From assembly GCF_009914755.1 (NCBI RefSeq), contig NC_060935.1: a stretch of 64,000 nt of DNA. One strand, given 5' to 3'. Under the pieces are notes generated by a model. The model did no database searches and was not told where the DNA came from. It saw only the letters and a list, made by a program, of their open reading frames with translations. Below, one piece after another: positions 56,266 to 64,000 of the stretch; positions within the stretch are counted from its first letter, which is position 1, and each line of letters opens with the position of its first letter. The translations under genes and the position numbers were made by a program. The stretch is from the human T2T-CHM13v2.0 reference genome, Homo sapiens.

Positions 56266-56676
56266 TGTGTTAGTCCATTTTTGCATCACTATAAAGAAAT
56301 ACCTGAGACTGGGATAATTTATAAAGAAAAGAGGTTTAATTGGCTGCAGGCTGTACAAGCACAACTCCAGCATCTGTTTCTGGTGAGGGCCTCAGGAGGC
56401 TACAATCAGGGCTGAAGGCCAAGCGGAAGCAACTGATGTCATACGGTGAGAGAAGGAGTGAGGGACAGAGGGAAGAGGTGCCACACTCTTCCAAACAACC
56501 AGATCTCCTGTGAACTACCAGAGCGAGAACTCACTCATCACCAAGCGGAGGGAGCTAAGCCACTCATGAGGGATCTCCCCACCTGATCCGATCACCTCCC
56601 ACCAGGCCCCATCTCCAATACTGGGGGTTACATTTCAATATGAGATTTGGAGGGGACAAACATCCAAACCATATCA
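56266..56676 (-). mobile_element. MSTA/MSTB MaLR solo LTR
   Basis: tgtgttagtcc..ataaagaaatacctgagactggg..catccaaaccatatca; TSD gtaag/gtaaa. Confidence 0.9.
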
Positions 56677-57695
56677 GTAAAAGAGTGTGTTATATATAAT
56701 TTCTGCTTTTTTGTACTTACTGAGTTTTTTTTTTTTTTTAATAACCTAGCTTATGTTGACTTTCAAAAGCCTGTTTTCTTATTCTGCCTCAGGTGCCAAG
56801 CTATGTGTTACCTAGTGACACACAAGTATAATTAGTCCATGAAAGGCCCCTCTGGGCCTTGTTGTTTGTTCGTTTGATTCCATCTACCCCATATTTATTG
56901 TGATTACTGTCCTACTATAATTTTTCTGCCATGTTATTATACATTTCTGATTGTACTTTCTCATTTCTTTTTTTTTAGACACCTTTTCTTTCCATTGCCT
57001 AAATTATTTTCTTCTGCTGGATTAAAAGTGATTTGATCCATTTTTTTGTTGTTGTTCTTATGGTGGTTGCCTTTAATGTAAGACACGTACTTATGTTTAT
57101 CTCTGTTGAATTCATAAACAAAACAAGTACTTTAGCATACTTTATAATTCCTTTGGTCTCTACTATCCCTGTACCCAAATACACACTTTATGTTGGTTAT
57201 TTTCTAGAATTTTATTTCTGGATTGTATGGATAATTTCTTTTTTGTTTTTCTCTAGTCTTTGCTTTTTTACACAACCATAAACATTACTAAAGTGTTGTT
57301 CACCCATAGCTCTTTAGCATTTTTCTTATTTCACTATTTTCTACAAGAGTATTTTTATAATACATTTTTGCAAGGCAAACCCCCTAAGGCCTTATATGCC
57401 TGAGAATTTTTTATTATGCTCTCACATTTAAATGACTGATGGCTGACATAAGACCTGCATTCAGAAACACTTTGTTTTCCATTGTCCAGTGTGTCCTTCT
57501 ATCCAGCTGCTTAGAAGCCTAATCTCAGTCTGAATTTGGTTGCTTCCTAGGTGATCAAATCTCTCTCTCTGTTTTGCTTTTCCATTTTTTTGTTGTTGTT
57601 TTGTTTGGTTTGTTTTTTGCTGTCTCTTTGATGTTCTTTATTTTCACAGTTAATGTGACTTGATGTCGTTTTTTTCTTTTTAAAACCTGGTTTTC

Positions 57696-58033
<338 letters not shown>

Positions 58034-58792
58034 CTATGGGTCCTTTAAATATGAGGGCTTTCCTCCTTTAATTCTGGAGATTTATTTTTTGTCAAATATT
58101 TCCCCTCCTCCTTTTTTCTCTTTCTGAGCCTCTGGTGACTCAGATATTGTCACTTCTACTCATTTCCTTCATATCATCTGGGTTTTATTTTATGTGTTTT
58201 TTCCCTTCCTACCTCACTGCTGCCTTTAAAAAGGCTTAGATCATCTAAAAATACTAAAAAACAAACTCAAAAACACTAAAAAGGTCTATTAATTAAAGAG
58301 AAGAAAAAGCAAGTGAGAAGTTCCTCAGTTTTATCCCTAGGCCACTCATTCTTTAGTGCCAACCATCCTGCTTTTACCCCAACTACTATGTTGCTTATTT
58401 CAACTGTTGTGGGGGTTTTATTATAAACCTTTATGTTGAAATAGCTTCAAATTTATATAAAAGTTGCAAGAATAGCACACAGAACTTCTGATCACCTGTC
58501 ACCAGATTCCACAGTTGTTAACATTTTACCACATTTCCTTTATCATTCTCTCACCATATAGATACATATTATTTTTTGTGAACTTCTGAGAAGTAGCAGA
58601 CATCATGCCTGTCCTTTTACCTCTAAATACTTCAGTGTGTATTTCCTGAATGTTTTTGTAATATTTTGTAAGAGAACAAGGATGCTCTTACAAAATTACA
58701 ATACACTTATCATTAACATTGATAAAATACTATAATCTAATCTATATGTCTTGTTCAAATTATACTCATTATACCTCTCATGTTCTCCAAAG

Positions 58793-59129
58793 CAATACTG
58801 TATCATATCACTATAATGTAAACCACAAATATGAGCCACGTATGTAATTTCAAGTGTTCTAATAGCCATATTAAAAAAATTAAACAGAAGCAAGTGCAAT
58901 TAATTTTAATGTTCTATTCTATTTTATTTAAGCCAGTATATCCAAAGTAGTAGCATTTTAACATGCAATTCATATAAAAATTTATTATTGAGACATTTTG
59001 CATTCTCTTTTTCATAATATGATCCATTGTATTTTTTTACACTTAACAGCACGTCTCAATTCAGACTAGCCACATTTCAATCACACAGTAGCTACATGTA
59101 GCTGGTGGCAACCATATCATACAGCACAG
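58793..59129. mobile_element. MER33 hAT MITE inside an L1MC-like 3' end (about 58420-59380)
   Basis: atgagccacgtatgtaattt..tagccatattaaaaa..ctcaattcagactagccacatttcaa. Confidence 0.8.
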
Positions 59130-62100
59130 TTTTGTAGCAAATCAAAAATAAAAATTCTGGTTCAAGATCCAGTCTAAGATTATATACTGCATTTACTTGT
59201 CAGGTCTCTTTAGTCTTGTTCAATCTGGAATGGTTCTTAGTCCTTCTTGACTTTCATGACACTGATGCCTTTGAAGAGTACAAGGCAGTTACTATGTAGA
59301 CTCTCCTTCTGTCTGGGGCTGTCTGATGCTTTCTCATAATTATATTCAGGTTGTGCATCTTTGGCAGGGATACCACAGCCATTATGGATATTTGTTTAAC
59401 ACCTAATTTACATTTTGTTCTTTTTCTCTATTTCTTGTTCTTGCTTCATATTGCTAACATGCTCCCGATCTTTGAGAATATGTATTGTGCTTCTGTTAAA
59501 TTTTTGGTCCATCTGTTGCAATAAGCTGCTTCATGTTCAGCTTGCATTCTCTTTCGCTAGTTGTACTGCTTGGGATTTAGTTACTGTGGCAGGTGGTCTT
59601 CTGTTTCTGTGGTGATATAAATGTTCTGCCTGGTAGTGTATGATGGGGAAAGGCCAAATCCTAGGTGGTGCCCCTTCTGGTGTGTATAAGGAAAAGGAAG
59701 GAGACGAGGCCCAGGCATCATGTCGCTGCTATCAACTCTTCTGTTTGCTTTCTTCTACTGGGTAACTTATTCAGTTAAGGATTCATCCTGACACTCTTAG
59801 AACAAAGCAGGAATAGGAGGAAGTGATCTCCTCAGGTTCTAATCCCCAGCCCTGCAAGTCTGGAAACAGAAGGGATGAAGAAGTGTATACCCAGTGAAGG
59901 CTGGGATTCGTTTATCCCTGTCTCTCCTGAGAGGGCTTTATGCTGCTGCCCTGAGATTATTCTGGCTGGGAATAGGAATAGAGCTGGCCTAGTCCTGCAG
60001 ACATCTGGGTTGCAGGACAGGCAAGGACCCAGACCCTCCCTTGGTGATGTCAAGGAGGGGAAATGAGAGAACTGCAATAGTCCTCACAAATCCATCCTCC
60101 CACCACTGGGCCAGAGGAAAGAGGAGGATTCATCACTCCATCTATCCTCTTTTTCCTGGGTCAGGATAGCCTTTGATCTCCTCTTTATTTCAGTGTCTCT
60201 GTTAGTTCCTTGGATCTGTGCTTCCCTCTGCTTCTGAAGTTTCCCTGGGTTGAATTTAGAGGATGAGGAGCACATGCTAATTCACCGTCTTATCAGGAAA
60301 CAGCAATAACATTTCAGGGTTTTTTATTTGTTTGCTTGTTTGTTGTTCAATCTATTAAATTGTTGGCAATACCTACCCTTTCTGCTGTATGTTTAATTAT
60401 GCTTTTCAGTCTATTAATTTATCATTTTCTTATTAATTTATCATATTCTGATAATGGGGTATTAATACCTTGTTCTAAAATTGTATACTTATTAATTTCC
60501 CTTTGATTTTTATAAGTGATTTGTTGCTATGTTCTTTGAACCTTATAGACATAATATCATTATGCTCTCATTATTAAGGCTTTTATCACATAATTAACAG
60601 TTAGCTTGCTTTAATAACTTTTACCATAATTCTACCTTGTCTGAAATCTCACTTGCTTTTTTTCCCTTTAATTAGTAGACCTTTTTAGTGATTTTTAAAT
60701 TTACTTTTTAGTGTTTTTATCCTTTTTCTAAGCCTTTTTAAAGATTTCCCAGTAAATTATTGCATTATTCCAGTTGGAAGCATTCTTTTCGTTTTTGTGT
60801 TTTATTTTTTCTTCCTCAAAATTGTTTGAGCTTATACTTATTTTAACCCTAGTCCGCTTAGGTTTATGTTCTTCCATTTTACTTTTTATCTCTCAATTTT
60901 TATAGTTAATTTGTTTTTTTTTCCCCTAGATGTTCTTTGGTATTATATACACAATTAATTTGTTTGGTTTGGGTTTTGCTTATTTTAATTTCCTTTAGCA
61001 ACTGTCTTCTTTTTAATTTGATTAGCTGTCAATTTAAGATAAACCACAAAGATTTCATTATCAAAATGGTATCTTTGATTCTCTTTTATGGGAAACTTTT
61101 GTTCTTTTTTTGTTCTTCCCTACTCTGTTACTGCTTCCATTTTTCATTGAATTAACTTGTTGCTCAGTTTATTTATTTTAATCTGCTTTTATTCTAACAA
61201 TTTTCCTAATGCCCAACTCCTATCACAAACAATTCTTTCTATTGTTTTTGTTTACTTATCTCTTCAATAGGTACATACTAATTCAAGATTTCATACTATT
61301 TTTAATAGCATCATCTTTTTTCAGGTCTATCTTTTAAGATCAGATTTCTTTTTGTAGTAACTTTTGAAGTCAGTGCTGGTCCATTAGTGGGTGACCAAAT
61401 TTCTTAAGACTGAAAATTCATGAACATCTTTACATTTGGATAAAAACTTGACTGTATAAAGACAGAAATTATACAGCTTCTTTACTCTATGGTATGTACA
61501 TGGTTTTTTCATTACAATGAAGTCCTTGTCTACTTATGACTATATCTTTTACATGAAATATGTAACCTAGCTCCTTGCAGAATGTTTTCTTTTCCTTTTG
61601 TAATTAAAATAAAATATTTGATGATACATGTTGATTTCAGTTATTTTTAGTGGATCTTAAATAGGGCTCTGTTTGTACTTTAACCTTTAACTATTTTATT
61701 AATGGTTACATTTTTCTTCTAGTGGATCTTTTCTTTTTCTAATCTTCAATGTTTTATTCTTTGTTTGCTCATTCATTCCATAAATCTATTCAAAGCATCT
61801 ATTTCATGCAAGCAATGTGTTCAGTTCATTCCTTCTCTTTCTTTAGGAACTCCTATCTCTTCCAGAGCACTCCATTCTCCAGATCTTCTTTTGCATATTT
61901 TTATATCTCTTTTCATGCTCTGCAGATTTTTTCCTAGTTCATTTTCTCTTTCTCTGTTAGTTACCTGTAGCATCCAATTCTACATTTTACCTATACTACC
62001 ATTGTTTACTCCTTCCTGCCCCTTCCTGCTGTAATGAGCTCTTCTGAAATAGATATAATGTCTTTCTTCCACATTTAAGAAATAGTTTATAAGTATTTTC

Positions 62101-64000
62101 TAAATCCTGTTTTGATTCTTGTTTCATTTCATGGTTTATTGATTCATACTTCCCATCCCCACCCCACCCTGCACCCAGGTTCTTAATTCATCTTTCTTCT
62201 CTCGTGCCTGACAAACATTTTCAATGGTTCCAGTCATTTATTCCCCTTTACTCATTCTTCCTTGAGTTTCTCATGATGATATGGCTGCTATTTCTGAAAC
62301 CTTTGCTTCAGACTGTTTTATTCACATTTAAATAGGCCTTGAAATTGGAAGGTTCACAGGCTCTCACTCAGACTTCCTCCTGGAGGTCCAAAAACTTTAT
62401 TTCTTGAGCACATCATGTCCTAAATAACACACACCTGTATTGGATTGGCCATTCAGAATTAGATGTTACATTAAATATTACTTTCCTTATATCTATCAAG
62501 GTAAAGTCCCATTACCACTGAGAGAGGTAAGTTAATTTATTGATAACTTGCTTGCCATTTACTCCTGCTGGTTGGCAGTTTAAAGAGCACATGCTTCCTG
62601 CATCTCATTTATGTAGCTTAAGTAGTCACCTGTTTTGAACTGATTTGAGAGGGAAGACTGGATTCATTGGCAAGTCATGGATCAATTATTATGTAAGCTC
62701 TAATGCTAGCAGTCTCCTAGCAAAATGGATGTGATTAACATTTAAGCACGATGACAACCCATGCATTTTTCATTTACTATTTCCTTCAAACCTATTTGCC
62801 AGTTCCTCTGCTGTGATTCCAAGAAATGCATACTTTAATAATAAAGACTTAACTTTTCCTTTGTATGAAAATATTATAAACACCAAAAAGCCTTATGAAA
62901 TTATAGGAGGGGGAATATCAAAGACCATTAACAACATTATGTATGGTCACCCAGGAATTTGCACACAAAATTCTGCCAAAGCTAGTGTCATTTATGTACT
63001 TAAGTTTTCCAAACAACGAGTTGAAAAATATACCCTCAAGAATTGTTTATGCCAAGAAGGGCCAACTATTTATAATCACAAGTGGAGTTTCTGCAAAGGT
63101 CTCTGCCAGCCACTACAGTCCTGGCATACATCCCTCCCAATCTGCAAAAACTCTACTGTTTGGGGTTGAAAGTGAAGCATGAGTCCAAAGAAGTACTTGC
63201 AGCTTTTTCCTAGACTCAGTTGAATTCAGAGTGAAAGAACATAGAAGACGACAAAGGGTATAGGAAATCGCAGCATAGGCAGCCCTGCCTTATTTTTAGT
63301 GAAAAGGATTAGTACTGGTAGCCCTGCAGTAAAGCTGATCGCCTGTGATCAGGGAGTAGGATAGTTGTAATCCCTTTACTATACCACTGAGTTGATTGAT
63401 TAAATTGAAAGTTATGAGTCAAATGCCCCCAGAGCATCTTGGAACCTTCCTGAGTCTGTGCATATTCATATGGTCCTAATGACCTTCCACTGGAAGGAAA
63501 AAGTGTGTGCTGCCTGCAGGGAACACATGAAGAAAGGCTTAGGACGAAGCAAAACTTTTTCACAACCACCAGCAAGAGTTTAATTAAACTCTGTCTAACA
63601 TTATAAGCTTGCCTCAATTTAAGAGCAAAATGTACCAGGTTTTTCCTGCACATGGAGCCTCCCAGGGTCTTGCAGCTCAAGTGGAAAGAACAATGAAAAG
63701 CAGAAGGCTTTCATTTTACATCTGGCTCCTTGAAATGGGGCTAAGAGGCTTTCTGGAGGGTTTTGCTGGCTGGGACAGTTAGTGTTTACAGATGTGAGTG
63801 GCTTTCAGTCATTGAATGTAAATTGCATTTGCTTTGTTGCACACACCCTGGGAAAACCAAGAGGAAGAAGAGAAATAATGTTCCTTTATCCGCCCACACA
63901 CATTGACATTCAAGGCACAGTCTTTTCAGGTTTATTGGGTCCCTAAGCAACCTTTGAAGAGATCTGTACATCTGTCCGGCTGTCCCTACTCCAGCGGACA

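Noticed and set aside
62813-63169. 118-aa ORF in unique sequence (also 103..483, 11338..11742 and 15472..15930)
   Set aside because: Non-ATG starts, no recognisable domain, no match to F-spondin, and lengths expected by chance.

Overview
Primate (human or great-ape) genomic DNA lying wholly inside SPON1 (F-spondin), transcribed on the + strand. Two short coding exons, missed by the ORF track, were found from their splice sites and translation: 31938-32011 (74 nt, ASIVQKRIIYFQDEGSLTKKLCEQ) and 36493-36615 (123 nt, DSTFDGVTDKPILDCCACGTAKYRLTFYGNWSEKTHPKDYP). They span the reeler/spondin_N domain junction and are probably exons 4 and 5. The rest is intron, largely interspersed repeats: 15 Alu-family copies, MIR, L2, old L1M, MaLR/ERVL LTRs and hAT/Tigger MITEs. 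The main structure is a three-level nest at 39523-48981: a Charlie1a DNA transposon holds a full-length but dead antisense L1PA7/8-type LINE (13-bp TSD), whose 5'UTR holds a solo LTR12C (ERV9) promoter. The L1 keeps an ORF0-like ATG ORF on the SPON1 sense strand, with a phase-1 GT donor that would splice in frame to the next SPON1 exon, facing the LTR12C promoter. This is the best candidate for an undescribed regulatory system, but it is an inference. Other leads: a possible Alu poison exon after exon 5, inverted Alus around the exons, a G-quadruplex next to a 5' splice site, several templated-insertion repair scars and homeodomain-motif-rich unique intervals. Repeat subfamily names come from remembered consensus sequences, and the boundaries of old repeats are approximate.
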